Part shown: piece by piece, positions 37,704-48,574 of the stretch
Numbering within the stretch: the first letter of the stretch is position 1
Layout of the letters: each line of letters begins with the position of its first letter
Assembly (NCBI GenBank): GCA_963724975.1
Contig: CAVRXB010000001.1
Location: 606,511 to 670,510 of the forward strand
Source of the DNA: an uncultured beta proteobacterium
GTDB lineage: Bacteria > Pseudomonadota > Gammaproteobacteria > Burkholderiales > Casimicrobiaceae
Reading direction: 5' to 3'
DNA length: 64,000 bases
The notes under the pieces: generated by a model
Told to the model about the DNA's origin: nothing
Database searches by the model: none
What the model saw: the letters and a program-made list of their open reading frames with translations, nothing else
Translations under genes and position numbers: made by a program

Positions 37704-38282
37704 ATGGAAGCCTTTCTCGTCTCGGCGGGGGTGGTCGCGCTAGGCGAGATCGGCGACAAGACGCAACTTCTCGCGCTCATGCTGGCGGCACGGTTCCAAA
37801 AGCCGCTGCCGATCATCGCTGGGATCCTGACGGCCACCCTCGCCAACCACGCGCTTGCCGGAATGCTCGGCAACGTCGTCCGGAGCGCATTGTCGCCGGA
37901 TGCGTTGCGCTGGGTTGTCGCGATCTCGTTCTTCGTGGTGGCCGTCTGGGCGCTGAAGCCCGACACGCTCGCCGGCAACGAGCCCGCGCCGATGTCACGC
38001 TGGGGCGTGTTCGGCGTGACCACGATCGCGTTCTTCCTGGCTGAAATCGGCGACAAGACGCAGGTCGCGACGATAGTGTTGGCTGCGCAATTCGAGTCGC
38101 TCATCGCCGTTGTGCTCGGCACGACGGTCGGCATGCTCGCCGCCAACATCCCCGTCGTGCTGATTGCAAAGTCGGCATCGGCCAGGATCCCGTTCAAGGC
38201 GGTGCGCATCGCGGCCGCGCTCCTGTTTGCCGCGTTGGGCATCTACGCGCTGGTCGCGTCCCCGGAGCTGCCAGCGCGTTGA
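37704..38282 (+). CDS. TMEM165/GDT1 (UPF0016) family cation transporter
   Basis: Two E-x-G-D-K-T motifs (LGEIGDKTQL and LAEIGDKTQV). Six TM helices. Confidence 0.9.
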   Translation: MEAFLVSAGVVALGEIGDKTQLLALMLAARFQKPLPIIAGILTATLANHALAGMLGNVVRSALSPDALRWVVAISFFVVAVWALKPDTLAGNEPAPMSRWGVFGVTTIAFFLAEIGDKTQVATIVLAAQFESLIAVVLGTTVGMLAANIPVVLIAKSASARIPFKAVRIAAALLFAALGIYALVASPELPAR

Positions 38283-38306
38283 CGCGAAGGGTGAACCCCG
38301 CGCCGG

Positions 38307-38312
38307 TATAAT
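38307..38312 (+). promoter_or_regulatory. candidate -10 hexamer upstream of leuS
   Basis: Perfect TATAAT 41 nt upstream of ATG 38353. The nearest TTGACG is 22 nt away, which is too far. Confidence 0.25.
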
Positions 38313-38352
38313 CACCGACAAGCGCGTCGCATAGAGCGGGCAGAATCCCTTG

Positions 38353-40965
38353 ATGAAACCCTTCAATCCTGCCGAGATCGAGTTGGCCGTCCAGGCGCGC
38401 TGGAAGGCAGCGGACGTCTATCGCACCGTCGAGCGCAGCGATCGCAGGAAATTCTATTGCGTGTCGATGCTGCCCTATCCGTCGGGACGGTTGCACATGG
38501 GTCACGTGCGCAACTACACGATCAACGACGTCATGTATCGCTATCTGCGGATGCGCGGCGCCAACGTGCTGATGCCGATGGGCTGGGACGCGTTCGGGCT
38601 GCCCGCCGAGAACGCCGCGATGAAGGCCGGCGAAGCCCCGGCGAAATGGACGCGCGAGAACATCGCGACGATGAAGGCGCAGATGCAGGCGATCGGGCTC
38701 GCGATCGACTGGTCGCGAGAAATCTCGACCTGTGCCCCCGCGTATTACAAATGGAATCAGTGGTTTTTCCTGCAGCTGCTCGAACGCGGCATCGCGTACA
38801 AGACGACGGGTGTGGTGAATTGGGACCCGGTCGACCAGACCGTGCTCGCCAACGAGCAGGTGATCGAGGGACGAGGCTGGCGCTCCGGCGCGGTGATCGA
38901 AAAGCGCGAGATCCCGATGTACTACCTCAGGATCACCGACTACGCAGAGGAGCTGCTCGCGTCGCTCGACAAGTTGCCCGGTTGGCCGGATCGCGTGAAG
39001 ACGATGCAGGCGAACTGGATCGGCAAGAGCGTGGGCGTGCGCTTCGCGTTCCTGCACGACATTCGGGGGACCAATGGCAAGCCGATCGGTGATGGCCGGA
39101 TGTACGTGTTCACGACGCGCGCCGATACCATCATGGGTGTCACGTTCTGCGCGGTCGCACCCGAACATCCGCTGGCGACGCATGCAGCGCAATCGAATCC
39201 CGCGCTTGCCGCATTCATCGACGAATGCCGTCGCGGAAGCGTCATGGAAGCCGACATGGCGACGATGGAAAAGAAAGGGATGCGGACCGGGCTTTTCGTC
39301 ACGCATCCGTTGACCGGCGAAAAGATCGAGGTCTGGGTCGGCAACTACGTGTTGATGGCCTATGGCGACGGCGCGGTGATGGGGGTCCCGGCGCACGACG
39401 AGCGGGACTTCGCGTTCGCCAGAAAATACGGGCTGCCGATCAAGCAGGTGATCGCAATCGACGGCGAGACCTATTCGACGGACACGTGGCAGCCATGGTA
39501 CGAGGACAAGACCCGAGGCCGCTGCGTCAACTCCGGCAAATACGACGGGCTTGCCTACGACGCGGCGGTCGAGGCGATCGCCGCCGACCTCGCCGCAAAG
39601 GGACAGGGCGAGAAGAAGACGACTTACCGGCTGCGCGACTGGGGCATCTCGCGCCAGCGCTACTGGGGCACGCCGATCCCGATCATTCACTGCGCGAAGT
39701 GCGGCGATGTGCCGGTCCCCGAAAAGGATTTGCCGGTCGTGTTGCCGGAGGACTGTATTCCGGACGGCAGCGGCAACCCGCTACGAAAGCGCCCCGATTT
39801 CCTGAACGTTGCCTGCCCGGAATGCGGTGCGCCCGCGCAGCGCGAAACAGACACGTTGGACACGTTCGTCGACTCGTCGTGGTATTACATGCGCTACACG
39901 TGCCCCGACGCGGCGACGATGGTCGATGCGCGCAACGACTACTGGATGCCGATGGACCAGTACATCGGCGGCATCGAGCATGCGATCCTGCATCTTCTCT
40001 ATGCTCGTTTCTGGACCAAGGTGATGCGCGACATGGGGCTCGTGCGGATCGACGAGCCGTTCACCCGCCTGTTCACGCAGGGCATGCTGTTGAACCATAT
40101 CTGGTTCCGCAGAAACGCGAGCGGTGGCATCGATTATTACCCGCCCGAGACGGTCACCGCGGTCGCAGACGCGCACGGCAAGGTCGTCTCCGGCAAGCTC
40201 GCGAACGGCCTGGACGTCGAATACGGCGGCGTGGGCAAGATGGGCAAATCGGAGCAGAACGGCGTCGATCCGCAGGATGTCATCGACAAATACGGCGCGG
40301 ACACGGCGCGCGTATTCGTGATGTTCGCAGGCTCGCCCGAGGATTCCGCCGTGTGGTCGGATGCCGGTCCGGAAGGCGCGCACCGGTTCCTGCGGCGATT
40401 GTGGATCTTTGCGCAGGGGCACGCGGATGCCATTGCTGCCGTCGATGGCGCAAGCAACGTCTCCGGCGCTGTCACGGCTGCCCGGCGCGAGATCCATCTC
40501 ACGTTGAAGCAGGCGAATTACGATTACGAGCGCATGCAGTACAACACGGTGGTCTCGGCTGCGATGAAGATGTTGAACGCGCTCGAAGGCGTCCCCGCGA
40601 CTGCGTCGGGCGCGGCCGAGCTCGCGCGCGAGGGTTTGTCGATCCTGCTGCGCACGCTGTACCCCATCGCGCCGCACGTGACGTGGCTGCTATGGAACGA
40701 TCTCGGTTACGCCAAGCGGGAGGGCGACCTCCTCGACGCATCGTGGCCCGAGGTGGACCCGTCGGCGCTCGTGCAAGACGAGATCGAGCTGGTGCTGCAA
40801 GTCAACGGCAAGCTGCGCGGCAAGCTGCTCGTGCCTGCGACCGCCACCGAGGAGGAGATCAAGGTGCGCGCCGCCGCCGCGCCGGAGGTCGCGAAGCATG
40901 GCAATGGCGCGCCAGCGAAGTTCATCAAGGTCGTCCCGGGACGGCTCGTCAACGTGGTGGTCTAG
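38353..40965 (+). CDS. leuS: leucine--tRNA ligase
   Basis: [15 protein letters not shown] (HIGH), [12 protein letters not shown] (KMSKS), full length. ATG 38353 follows the TTG used by the ORF track. Confidence 0.97.
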   Translation: MKPFNPAEIELAVQARWKAADVYRTVERSDRRKFYCVSMLPYPSGRLHMGHVRNYTINDVMYRYLRMRGANVLMPMGWDAFGLPAENAAMKAGEAPAKWTRENIATMKAQMQAIGLAIDWSREISTCAPAYYKWNQWFFLQLLERGIAYKTTGVVNWDPVDQTVLANEQVIEGRGWRSGAVIEKREIPMYYLRITDYAEELLASLDKLPGWPDRVKTMQANWIGKSVGVRFAFLHDIRGTNGKPIGDGRMYVFTTRADTIMGVTFCAVAPEHPLATHAAQSNPALAAFIDECRRGSVMEADMATMEKKGMRTGLFVTHPLTGEKIEVWVGNYVLMAYGDGAVMGVPAHDERDFAFARKYGLPIKQVIAIDGETYSTDTWQPWYEDKTRGRCVNSGKYDGLAYDAAVEAIAADLAAKGQGEKKTTYRLRDWGISRQRYWGTPIPIIHCAKCGDVPVPEKDLPVVLPEDCIPDGSGNPLRKRPDFLNVACPECGAPAQRETDTLDTFVDSSWYYMRYTCPDAATMVDARNDYWMPMDQYIGGIEHAILHLLYARFWTKVMRDMGLVRIDEPFTRLFTQGMLLNHIWFRRNASGGIDYYPPETVTAVADAHGKVVSGKLANGLDVEYGGVGKMGKSEQNGVDPQDVIDKYGADTARVFVMFAGSPEDSAVWSDAGPEGAHRFLRRLWIFAQGHADAIAAVDGASNVSGAVTAARREIHLTLKQANYDYERMQYNTVVSAAMKMLNALEGVPATASGAAELAREGLSILLRTLYPIAPHVTWLLWNDLGYAKREGDLLDASWPEVDPSALVQDEIELVLQVNGKLRGKLLVPATATEEEIKVRAAAAPEVAKHGNGAPAKFIKVVPGRLVNVVV

Positions 40966-40972
40966 CAGCTAG

Positions 40973-41464
40973 ATGGCCCGCGTTATCGTCGCCACATTCA
41001 TCGCTGCGTGGTTCGCCGCCGCCTGCGGTTTCCACCTTCGGGGTGACGTCGCGTATTCGTTTCCGACGATCAACGTGACGTCACCGACGCCGCAACCGAT
41101 CGTGACCGAATTGAAGCGCTTCCTCGATGCTTCGAGCAGCACGAAGCTCGTCGACAACGCGAAGGACGCGGCGGTCACGCTCGAAATCGTGAGTGTCGTC
41201 GACGACAAGGGCGTGCTGTCGCTGTCGTCGGGCGGGCGCGTGCGCGAATACGCATTGTCGAAGCGCGTGTCGTTCAATCTGCGCGACAAGGAAGGCCGCG
41301 ACTGGATCCCGGCAGCCGAAATCGTGATCCGGCGAAGCTATACGTTCAACGAATCCGAGGTGCTGGCGCGCGAGTCGGAGGAGACGCGCGCGCTAAAAGA
41401 GATGCAATCCGACGCGGTGCAGCAGATCATGCGGCGGCTGCAGGCGGCGCGCAAACCCGCATGA
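40973..41464 (+). CDS. lptE: LPS-assembly lipoprotein LptE
   Basis: Lipobox AAACGFHLRG. Canonical position between leuS and holA. Confidence 0.88.
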   Translation: MARVIVATFIAAWFAAACGFHLRGDVAYSFPTINVTSPTPQPIVTELKRFLDASSSTKLVDNAKDAAVTLEIVSVVDDKGVLSLSSGGRVREYALSKRVSFNLRDKEGRDWIPAAEIVIRRSYTFNESEVLARESEETRALKEMQSDAVQQIMRRLQAARKPA

Positions 41465-42498
41465 TCCTCCGGCACAACCAGCTCGTTGCGCACCTCGAGC
41501 GCACGCTGGCCGCCGTCTACGTGGTCCACGGCGACGAGCCGCTTCTCGCGATGGAAGCGGGCGATGCGATCCGCGCCGCCGCGCGCAAGGCTGGCTGCGA
41601 GGAGCGCGAGGTGCTGGTCGTCGAAAAGGGTTTCGACTGGGATCAATTCCGCGCGGCCAACGCGAATCTCGGGCTTTTCGGTTCGCGCAAGCTCGTCGAT
41701 CTGCGCATTCCTTCCGGCAAGCCGGGCGTCGACGGCGCGAAGGCGCTCGAAGCAACAGCGGCCTCAGTTGCCAACACTCCGAACCCGGACAGCATCCTGT
41801 TGGTCACGCTGCCGAAGCTCGATCGCGCTGCGCAATCGTCCGGATGGTTCATCGCGTTGTCGGATGCCGGCGTTGCCGTTCCTGTGTTCGCCCTCGAGCG
41901 CGGCGAGCTTCCGGACTGGATCGCGGCAAGACTCGCGCGACAGGGCCAGCGGGCAAGCGCCGAAACACTCGCGTTCCTAGGCGATCGCTGCGAGGGCAAT
42001 TTGTTTGCGGCGCAGCAGGAAATCGCGAAGCTTGGCTTGCTGCTGCCGGAAGGCGAAATACCCTACGAAGCCGTCGAACGCGCGGTCGCGAACGTCGCTC
42101 GCTACGACATCGCGCAGCTTTCGGAGGCGTGGCTCGCTGGCGATGCGATGCGCGCATTGCGGATCATCGCGGCGCTCGAAGCTGAAGGCGAAGGCCTGCC
42201 TTTGTTGCTGTGGCAAATGGGAGAGGACCTGCACGCGCTGGCCGCGATCCGCGACGCAACGTCGGCCGGAACGCATCCCGCGGTTGCGCTGCGTAACGCA
42301 CGCGTGTGGGGCAGGCGCCAGGGCGCGATGGAGCGCGCGGCAAAGCGCGTTTCGGTGAACACTGTCACGCCGATGTTGAGCGCCCTGTCGCGGCTCGATG
42401 CGATGTCGAAGGGAATCGGCACGGGCAACGCTTGGGACGATCTGCGCGGACTGGCGCTCACCCTTGCGGGCCATCCGGCGCTCCCGCTGCAAAAATAG
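41461..42498 (+). CDS. holA: DNA polymerase III subunit delta
   Basis: YVVHGDEPLL, LGLFGSRKLVDLR, and overlaps the lptE stop. Confidence 0.9.
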   Translation: MILRHNQLVAHLERTLAAVYVVHGDEPLLAMEAGDAIRAAARKAGCEEREVLVVEKGFDWDQFRAANANLGLFGSRKLVDLRIPSGKPGVDGAKALEATAASVANTPNPDSILLVTLPKLDRAAQSSGWFIALSDAGVAVPVFALERGELPDWIAARLARQGQRASAETLAFLGDRCEGNLFAAQQEIAKLGLLLPEGEIPYEAVERAVANVARYDIAQLSEAWLAGDAMRALRIIAALEAEGEGLPLLLWQMGEDLHALAAIRDATSAGTHPAVALRNARVWGRRQGAMERAAKRVSVNTVTPMLSALSRLDAMSKGIGTGNAWDDLRGLALTLAGHPALPLQK

Positions 42499-42522
42499 CT
42501 GTGTGCCCCGCCCGCGTCGCCC

Positions 42523-42558
42523 GGCCACCCTGTAGGTGGTCAGTGCTTTTTCTTTTTC
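42523..42558 (+). terminator. rho-independent terminator candidate for holA
   Basis: GGCCACC-CTGTA-GGTGGTC stem-loop followed by CTTTTTCTTTTT. The T tract is the antisense of the poly-Lys tail codons of the convergent PLD gene. Confidence 0.4.
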
Positions 42559-43553
42559 GCCGTGCCGGATTTCGGGTCGAGCACGAGCTTGTCCACTCCC
42601 GCTCCGCCACGCTTTTCAAGATCCGCGCGCAGCCCTTCGTCGGAGAGATCGATCGGCGATGAGTTCTCCCAGTCATGGCGCGCCACTTTGTTCAGGCGGT
42701 CGACGACATGATGGCTGTCGACCTCGAGCGCCAGCTCGCGCCGTGCGTCGAATGACCCCGGAGCGAGATTGATCGAGCCGACGACGGCGTGCTCGCCGTC
42801 GGCGAGAATCATCTTCGCGTGGAGCTTCAGCCTTTTGAGCTTGTGGATTTTCGCGCCGACGTCGCTCATGATGCGAAGACCGCCCACGCCTTCGACCAGC
42901 TTTTCCAGCTTGAGCGAATGCGGCGCCTTGGCAAGAATATGAATCGACACGCCGCGGTTCGCCGCGCGCACGAGGCGCTCGATGATCACCGTGTCCTGGT
43001 AGCGCTCGTTCTGCAGCCATAGTGTCTTTTTCGCAGCGTCGATGAACTCGGCGATCCGCTCGCGCCCGTTGTTCGGGCACCAGATGAGGCGCGAATCCGG
43101 GTGCGGATCGAAATCCTGCCGCTCCCAGTCGGCCTCGAAACAGGCGACCATCTCCGCGACTTCGTGCTTCTTGCTCGTCACGACCGCGTAGTCGCGCGTC
43201 TCGGTGAGGTCTCTGGTTTCCCAGTTGAGCGATTCGACGAAGCCGATCTCGTCGTCGATCACCATCGATTTCTGGTGCGTCAGGTCGAACGTCGGGCTGC
43301 TGTCGCGCACGTCGATCCCCAGAGCGGCCAGCATCTTGCGTGATTCCTTGTTGTCGTCCTCGCCGCTCCGTCGCGCGGGATTCAGCATGACGCGGACCTT
43401 GACCCCGCGGCGGTGCGCGGCGGCGACGGCATCGATCAGCGTCGGATCGGTGAACAGGAACATCCGGATGTTGAGCGAGCGCCGCGCCGCGGCGAGCGCG
43501 TCCAGAATCGGCTTCGCGGTATCGTCGGGCAGGACTATCAGCGAATGGGTCAT
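42540..43553 (-). CDS. phospholipase D family protein (two HKD motifs)
   Basis: Start at ATG 43553 (MTHSLIVLPDD). HQKSMVIDD and HAKMILADGEHAVVGSINL. Lys-rich tail AKKKKH. Confidence 0.88.
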   Translation of the reverse strand: MTHSLIVLPDDTAKPILDALAAARRSLNIRMFLFTDPTLIDAVAAAHRRGVKVRVMLNPARRSGEDDNKESRKMLAALGIDVRDSSPTFDLTHQKSMVIDDEIGFVESLNWETRDLTETRDYAVVTSKKHEVAEMVACFEADWERQDFDPHPDSRLIWCPNNGRERIAEFIDAAKKTLWLQNERYQDTVIIERLVRAANRGVSIHILAKAPHSLKLEKLVEGVGGLRIMSDVGAKIHKLKRLKLHAKMILADGEHAVVGSINLAPGSFDARRELALEVDSHHVVDRLNKVARHDWENSSPIDLSDEGLRADLEKRGGAGVDKLVLDPKSGTAKKKKH

Positions 43554-43581
43554 GGCAGTAAGGAGGGAGCAAAGGGGTTCA

Positions 43582-45453
43582 TCAGGGTGCTGCGGCGACG
43601 GCGGCCGCCGGGGCCGGCGTTCCATACTGGATATGGTAGAGCTCTGCGTAGACGCCGCCTCGCTTCACGAGCTCGGCGTGCGAGCCTTCCTCGGCGACCA
43701 CGCCGTCTTTCAGCACGATGATCTTGTCGGCGTCGCGGATCGTGCTCAAGCGGTGCGCGATCATGATGACCGTGCGGCCTTTCATCAGGCGCTCGAGGCC
43801 CTCGATCACCAGGCGCTCGGATTCGGTATCGAGCGCCGCTGTCGGCTCGTCGAGGATCAGGATCGGCGACTTGCGGATCAGGGCCCGCGCGATGCCGATG
43901 CGCTGCCGCTGGCCGCCCGACAACGTATCGCCGCGCTCGCCGACGACCGAGTCGTAGCCATGCGGCATCCTGGCGATGAATTCGTCGGCGTTGGCGAGCT
44001 TCGCCGCGGCGATGATGTCCTCTTCGGTCGCATTGGGTCGCCCGTACGCGATGTTGTCGCGAATCGTGCCCTGAAACAGCACGGTTTCCTGCAGCACGAA
44101 GCCCACTTCGCGCCGCAGCGACACGAGCTTCCAGTTGCGGATGTCTTCGCCGTCGATCAGAACCCGTCCCGCGGTCGGGTCGTAGAAGCGCGGGATGAGG
44201 CTCACCACGGTTGACTTGCCGCCGCCGGTCGGGCCGACGATACCGACGACCTGCCCCGGCTTGATCGTGAAGTTGACGTCGCGCAGCACCGACGACACGT
44301 CTTCGTAGCCGAATGCGACGTGCTCGAACGTGATCTCGCCGCGCACGGTGCCCGGATCCTTCGCATCGGGATGCTCGGGAATCACCTGGTCGGCGGCGAG
44401 GATCGCCTGGATACGCTCAAGCGCAACGGAGGTCTGCGCGATCGTGTTCGTCATCTTCGCGAGATCCTGCACCGGCTTGAAGAACTTCGACAGGTATGCG
44501 AGGAAAACGGTGAGCGACCCTGCGCTCATCGCGCCCGCGAGGATCAGCAACGTGCCCCGCCACAGGACGAAACCGGTGCACAGCGCAACGACGATGGTCA
44601 CGACCGGGGAGAGCAGCGATTTGATCCGTCGCGCCTTCAGCGCCGCCGTGACCGATGCGCGGCTCGCAGCCGTCATTCGGCCGGCCTCGAGATCCTCCCG
44701 GCCGAACGCCTCGACGACCCGTACCGAGCCTAGCCCCTGCTGGACGACGGCGACGACGTCGCTCTGCCGCTTCCGCACCTCGCGCTGCACCTCCTTCACC
44801 GCTTTCTTGAAACGCATCACGAAGAGCAGCAGGAACGGCGTCACGGCGACGGCGACCAGCGTGAAGTCCCAGTCGAGCCAGAACATGAGACCCAGCATGC
44901 CGACGATCGTCATCAGATCGACGAGAATGCCCAGCGTCGACGCCGACGCGAAGTTCTGCACCGTCGCGACGTCGTTGGTGATCGTGGAGAGCAGCGTGCC
45001 CGTTTGCGTGCGGTCGTAGAACGCGAGCGAGAGCCGGTGCAGGTGCTCGTAGATGCGGATCCGAAGGTCGTTGGCCACGTACTGGCCAACGCTCTCGGTG
45101 AAGTAATTGTCGATGTAGGTTGCGACCGCGCTGAAGATGGCGATGACGATCGTCAGCGCACCGGCGAAGAGCGCGACGCCCAGCGTGTGGCGTCCGAATC
45201 CATACTCGTGCGCCCATTCGAGCACCACCGGCAGCTTGTGGGCGCCGAGCGCATCGTCCAGCACGAGCTTCAGCGGCCACGGCGCCGCGAGGCTCATCAG
45301 CGTCTCGATCAGCATCGCCGCGAGCACGATGAGGAGCCACCTTCGGTAAGGGCGGACGAGCTCCGCTACGAACGGCATCATCGGACGCTGCGGGATTGCC
45401 GCCTGGCCTTTCGCGGGCTTCGGCACAGCGCCGGAGGTTGGTGGGGGGGGCAT
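43582..45453 (-). CDS. ABC transporter permease/ATP-binding protein (MsbA-like exporter)
   Basis: Six-TM ABCB domain. GPTGGGKST, LSGGQRQRIGIARA, ILILDEPT. The start may be the internal ATG at about 45381. Confidence 0.92.
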   Translation of the reverse strand: MPPPPTSGAVPKPAKGQAAIPQRPMMPFVAELVRPYRRWLLIVLAAMLIETLMSLAAPWPLKLVLDDALGAHKLPVVLEWAHEYGFGRHTLGVALFAGALTIVIAIFSAVATYIDNYFTESVGQYVANDLRIRIYEHLHRLSLAFYDRTQTGTLLSTITNDVATVQNFASASTLGILVDLMTIVGMLGLMFWLDWDFTLVAVAVTPFLLLFVMRFKKAVKEVQREVRKRQSDVVAVVQQGLGSVRVVEAFGREDLEAGRMTAASRASVTAALKARRIKSLLSPVVTIVVALCTGFVLWRGTLLILAGAMSAGSLTVFLAYLSKFFKPVQDLAKMTNTIAQTSVALERIQAILAADQVIPEHPDAKDPGTVRGEITFEHVAFGYEDVSSVLRDVNFTIKPGQVVGIVGPTGGGKSTVVSLIPRFYDPTAGRVLIDGEDIRNWKLVSLRREVGFVLQETVLFQGTIRDNIAYGRPNATEEDIIAAAKLANADEFIARMPHGYDSVVGERGDTLSGGQRQRIGIARALIRKSPILILDEPTAALDTESERLVIEGLERLMKGRTVIMIAHRLSTIRDADKIIVLKDGVVAEEGSHAELVKRGGVYAELYHIQYGTPAPAAAVAAAP

Positions 45454-45507
45454 CGATTTGCGTTCGGGGTGGCGAAACGCGAATCGTCGCGCGCGTGCGA
45501 AGCTGCG

Positions 45508-46953
45508 TCAATAGCGCGAGGCCGGACCGCCGCCTAACCAACCCGCCGGCGCACAGTCCGCGCGGCGTTCGTTGAGCGCGCAGGTCGTCATGGGCTTGCC
45601 GTCGATGTCGCGCGCAGTCATCGTCCAGCGCAAGCCGTCGCGCTGCATCGTCATGAATCCGAAGCGGTTGGTCGCGACGATGGCGGACACCATCGCAGAC
45701 GGTGCCGGCGTGAGGTTCGCTGCGAGCGGCAGCGGTAGGGGCGTGTCGACCCAATCGCCACCGATGCCCGAGACGAACTGCGCGGGGTGCGGCGTCGAAA
45801 AGCTCACGACCTCGAACAAATGTACGTGTCCCGAGAGCAAAGCCTTCACGTCCGGCGGAAACAGCGCCACAGGCTCGAGCGCGCGCAGCACCGATTGCAG
45901 GCCGGCGTTGCCCGCGTAGGGCGATTCCGGCTGCGACGGATTCGGCGCGAACGCGAGCACCGGGTGGTGTGCGATGAAGAACGTATTCGTCCGCCGCGCA
46001 CCGAGTGCGAACGCGCGCACGAACTGGGCGTGGTAGGTCCTGTACATCGGGTCATCCGGCGACAGCGGCGTAACGCCGACCCGTGACGAATCGAACACGA
46101 TGAGCTGGGTGTCGGCGCCCAACGGCACCGCGTACGGCTCGCTGAAATCGCCGACGTTGTCGTCCGCTGGATCGTTGCAGTCCTGCCGCGCTGCAAGAGG
46201 CCGCGGATCCAGAAAGCGCCACCAGCCCTGCCCCGCGCGCGCGCACGATTCATGATTGCCGCGCGTGACGACCCAAGGCGCAGCCGCGAGCAGCCTCGCC
46301 GCTGGCGCAAAGAAATCGGCTTCCCAGGCGTCCCAGCCATAGCCCCACGGGGTGCCGGCGCATCCGACGTTGCCGAGCGGGCACGCGTTTTCGCGGTACT
46401 GATAGTCGCCGACGTGAACGACGAGGTCAGGCGCGCCTGCCGCCGCCGCATTCGCAACCGCAGGAAAGGGCCATTGCGCGGGATTGTTGCACGCCTGGAA
46501 AACGTTGTCGGAGATCTTGATCCGACAACCCGTGTCGCCGAGCACTGCGATCGTCCGCGGCGTCGCCTTTGGCAACGGCAGCGCCCGGCCGGCGATGATC
46601 GCCCGGGTCACGCCGGCGGGAATCGACAGTTCGCAGGTCAACACGGGAAACGCCGAGGGTTTCGAATTGGCAGGCGTGCTGAAAGTCGGCCGCAACGACA
46701 TCGTTCCCGGAGTGGCGCGAACCAGCATCGGACGCGCGACGCCGTCGAGGTCGATATCGGGACACGCCGCGCCCGAAGTGATGGCACGGGCAATCGGGAC
46801 GCCTTCCTCGGAAAGCACGACGAACGTGTACAGCGTGGTTCCCCCGGTTCCCCGGTCGCGCAGAACTGGCGACGCCGTACAGCCGGCGAGCATCGCCGCC
46901 GCAACCAACAGCAGCCACGGCAGCCATCGCAGCGTCACCGCAAATCTCCCCAT
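45508..46953 (-). CDS. metallophosphoesterase lipoprotein
   Basis: Lipobox AMLAGC. GDTG, HVGDYQY, TRGNHE and GHVHLFE calcineurin-like motifs. Confidence 0.85.
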   Translation of the reverse strand: MGRFAVTLRWLPWLLLVAAAMLAGCTASPVLRDRGTGGTTLYTFVVLSEEGVPIARAITSGAACPDIDLDGVARPMLVRATPGTMSLRPTFSTPANSKPSAFPVLTCELSIPAGVTRAIIAGRALPLPKATPRTIAVLGDTGCRIKISDNVFQACNNPAQWPFPAVANAAAAGAPDLVVHVGDYQYRENACPLGNVGCAGTPWGYGWDAWEADFFAPAARLLAAAPWVVTRGNHESCARAGQGWWRFLDPRPLAARQDCNDPADDNVGDFSEPYAVPLGADTQLIVFDSSRVGVTPLSPDDPMYRTYHAQFVRAFALGARRTNTFFIAHHPVLAFAPNPSQPESPYAGNAGLQSVLRALEPVALFPPDVKALLSGHVHLFEVVSFSTPHPAQFVSGIGGDWVDTPLPLPLAANLTPAPSAMVSAIVATNRFGFMTMQRDGLRWTMTARDIDGKPMTTCALNERRADCAPAGWLGGGPASRY

Positions 46954-47672
46954 AGCGTTTGCATCGCCGCAAGCCCGGCCGCGGCGGCGGTCTCGGTACG
47001 AAGCACGCGCGGACCGAATGACACGACGTGAAAATCCACCGCTCGCGCTCTGTCGATCTCGCGCGCCGTGAAGCCGCCTTCAGGTCCGATGGCAAGAACG
47101 ACGGGTAGCTTCGGTCGCGGCAACGTGGCGAGCGATTGCGCGGCGCCGGGAACGAGCATGATCCCCGTTCCCTTCCAGCTCGCGAGCCACGGGTTCAATG
47201 CCACAGGAGGCGCGATCGGCGGAATGCGGTTACGCCCGCATTGCTCGCACGCCGCTGCCGCAATGCCTCTCCAGTGCGCGAGTCGTTTGTCGCCGCGCAG
47301 GGCGGCGGGCAGCGGCGCGCTGCGCTCGGTGATGATCGGCTGAATGACCGCGATGCCAAGCTCAACCGCCTTGCGCACCGCGTAGTCCATCGCGTCGTTG
47401 GCCGCGATTGCCTGCGCGAGGGTTACCGGCAACGGCGATTCGCGCTCGACCGGATCGAACGACTCGATACGCACCCAAACATCGTTTCGGTCCACGCGCG
47501 TGAGTGCCGCCGCGTATTCACCTCCCTTGCCGTCGAACAACGTCAACGCGTCGCCAACTCCGAGCCGCACAACGCGCACCGCGTGGTGCGCGGCGGGGGC
47601 TGGCAATGGAATCGTCAGCCCAACCGCATCCTGCGTGAGTTCCGGCGGAACCAGAAAGCGGGGCGCCGCCAT
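46935..47672 (-). CDS. rsmE: 16S rRNA (uracil1498-N3)-methyltransferase
   Basis: 245-aa 3' part of ORF 46935..48236. Start at ATG 47672 (MAAPRFLVP). LAQAI..MDYAVRKAVELG and GPEGGFT.REI. Confidence 0.88.
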   Translation of the reverse strand: MAAPRFLVPPELTQDAVGLTIPLPAPAAHHAVRVVRLGVGDALTLFDGKGGEYAAALTRVDRNDVWVRIESFDPVERESPLPVTLAQAIAANDAMDYAVRKAVELGIAVIQPIITERSAPLPAALRGDKRLAHWRGIAAAACEQCGRNRIPPIAPPVALNPWLASWKGTGIMLVPGAAQSLATLPRPKLPVVLAIGPEGGFTAREIDRARAVDFHVVSFGPRVLRTETAAAAGLAAMQTLWGDLR

Positions 47673-47676
47673 GGCC

Positions 47677-48528
47677 TCACGCGTCGGGTTCGATGAAATC
47701 GAAATGGTAGTCGTCGGTTTCGGCCACGAATCCGATCCGCGCATAGATCGCATTCGACGTCGGATTGGAGACGTCCGTCGCGAGGTACAACCGCTGCTTG
47801 CCGCGAGCGAGAAGCTCCCGCGAGAGCGCAGCCACGAGCGCCGTTGCATAGCCGCGGCCGCGACGCTCGGGCAGCGTGTAGACCGGCGCGATGCGCGCGA
47901 AATCCGGCGGCGCGTCGTTGAAACCTGCGAACGCCACTGGTCCGGCATCTTCCCAGATACGGAAGCCCCCGCTCGCGACGCGTTTCGGCAGCCACTTACG
48001 GATGCGTTCGGCCGAATCCGGGAGCCCGGCTTCGACGACGAACGCAAGCTGGCCGTCGAGCAGCCAGGGCAGGTCGGCTTCGTCGGCCACGCGCGGCGCG
48101 CCAGGCGCCACGGGGATCGGAGCGACCGCCGTAAGCGCATGCTGGCGAAGCTGTACGCGCACGAAGTGCTCGCGGCCGGTGATCTCGTGCCAGCGGCGGG
48201 CGAAGGCTTCGCATGCGTCCCGCGCGCCGACCACACCCTGCAGCTGCGGCCAATCGGGCGCCAAGTCGTCGGCGAAGGCGACCGCCGCCGCGGGATCGCT
48301 CTGGCCCATGAAAAGCGGGCCGTCGTCGCGCTGGATCGCGGCGCCGCATTCGCCGAACGTGGCTAGATAAACGCGCTCGTCCGGCGCCGGAGGCGACTGC
48401 TTCATCGCGTATGCGGATCCGTGGAATGAGCTGGCCGACGCTTCGCCGCGCGCGTTCATCGGCGCCGCCGCTGCGATGAAGAGATCGGGATCGGTGTGGC
48501 GAACGACGCGCATCGGGGCACTTGCCAT
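47677..48528 (-). CDS. GNAT family N-acetyltransferase
   Basis: C-terminal GNAT core (IAPVYTLPERRGRGYATALVAALS). Start at ATG 48528 or 48513. Confidence 0.8.
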   Translation of the reverse strand: MASAPMRVVRHTDPDLFIAAAAPMNARGEASASSFHGSAYAMKQSPPAPDERVYLATFGECGAAIQRDDGPLFMGQSDPAAAVAFADDLAPDWPQLQGVVGARDACEAFARRWHEITGREHFVRVQLRQHALTAVAPIPVAPGAPRVADEADLPWLLDGQLAFVVEAGLPDSAERIRKWLPKRVASGGFRIWEDAGPVAFAGFNDAPPDFARIAPVYTLPERRGRGYATALVAALSRELLARGKQRLYLATDVSNPTSNAIYARIGFVAETDDYHFDFIEPDA

Positions 48529-48574
48529 GAACGTGCTAGGATTTTGACACACACAACGCTTGCAGCGAGGAATC

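Noticed and set aside
38194-39690. 498-aa minus-strand ORF
   Set aside because: It is antisense to leuS, which is full-length with HIGH and KMSKS motifs.
46935-48236. 433-aa ORF suggesting a long N-terminal extension of RsmE
   Set aside because: The upstream 188 codons overlap the GNAT gene in another frame and are Arg/Ser-rich junk. RsmE homology starts at ATG 47672, 4 nt after the GNAT stop.
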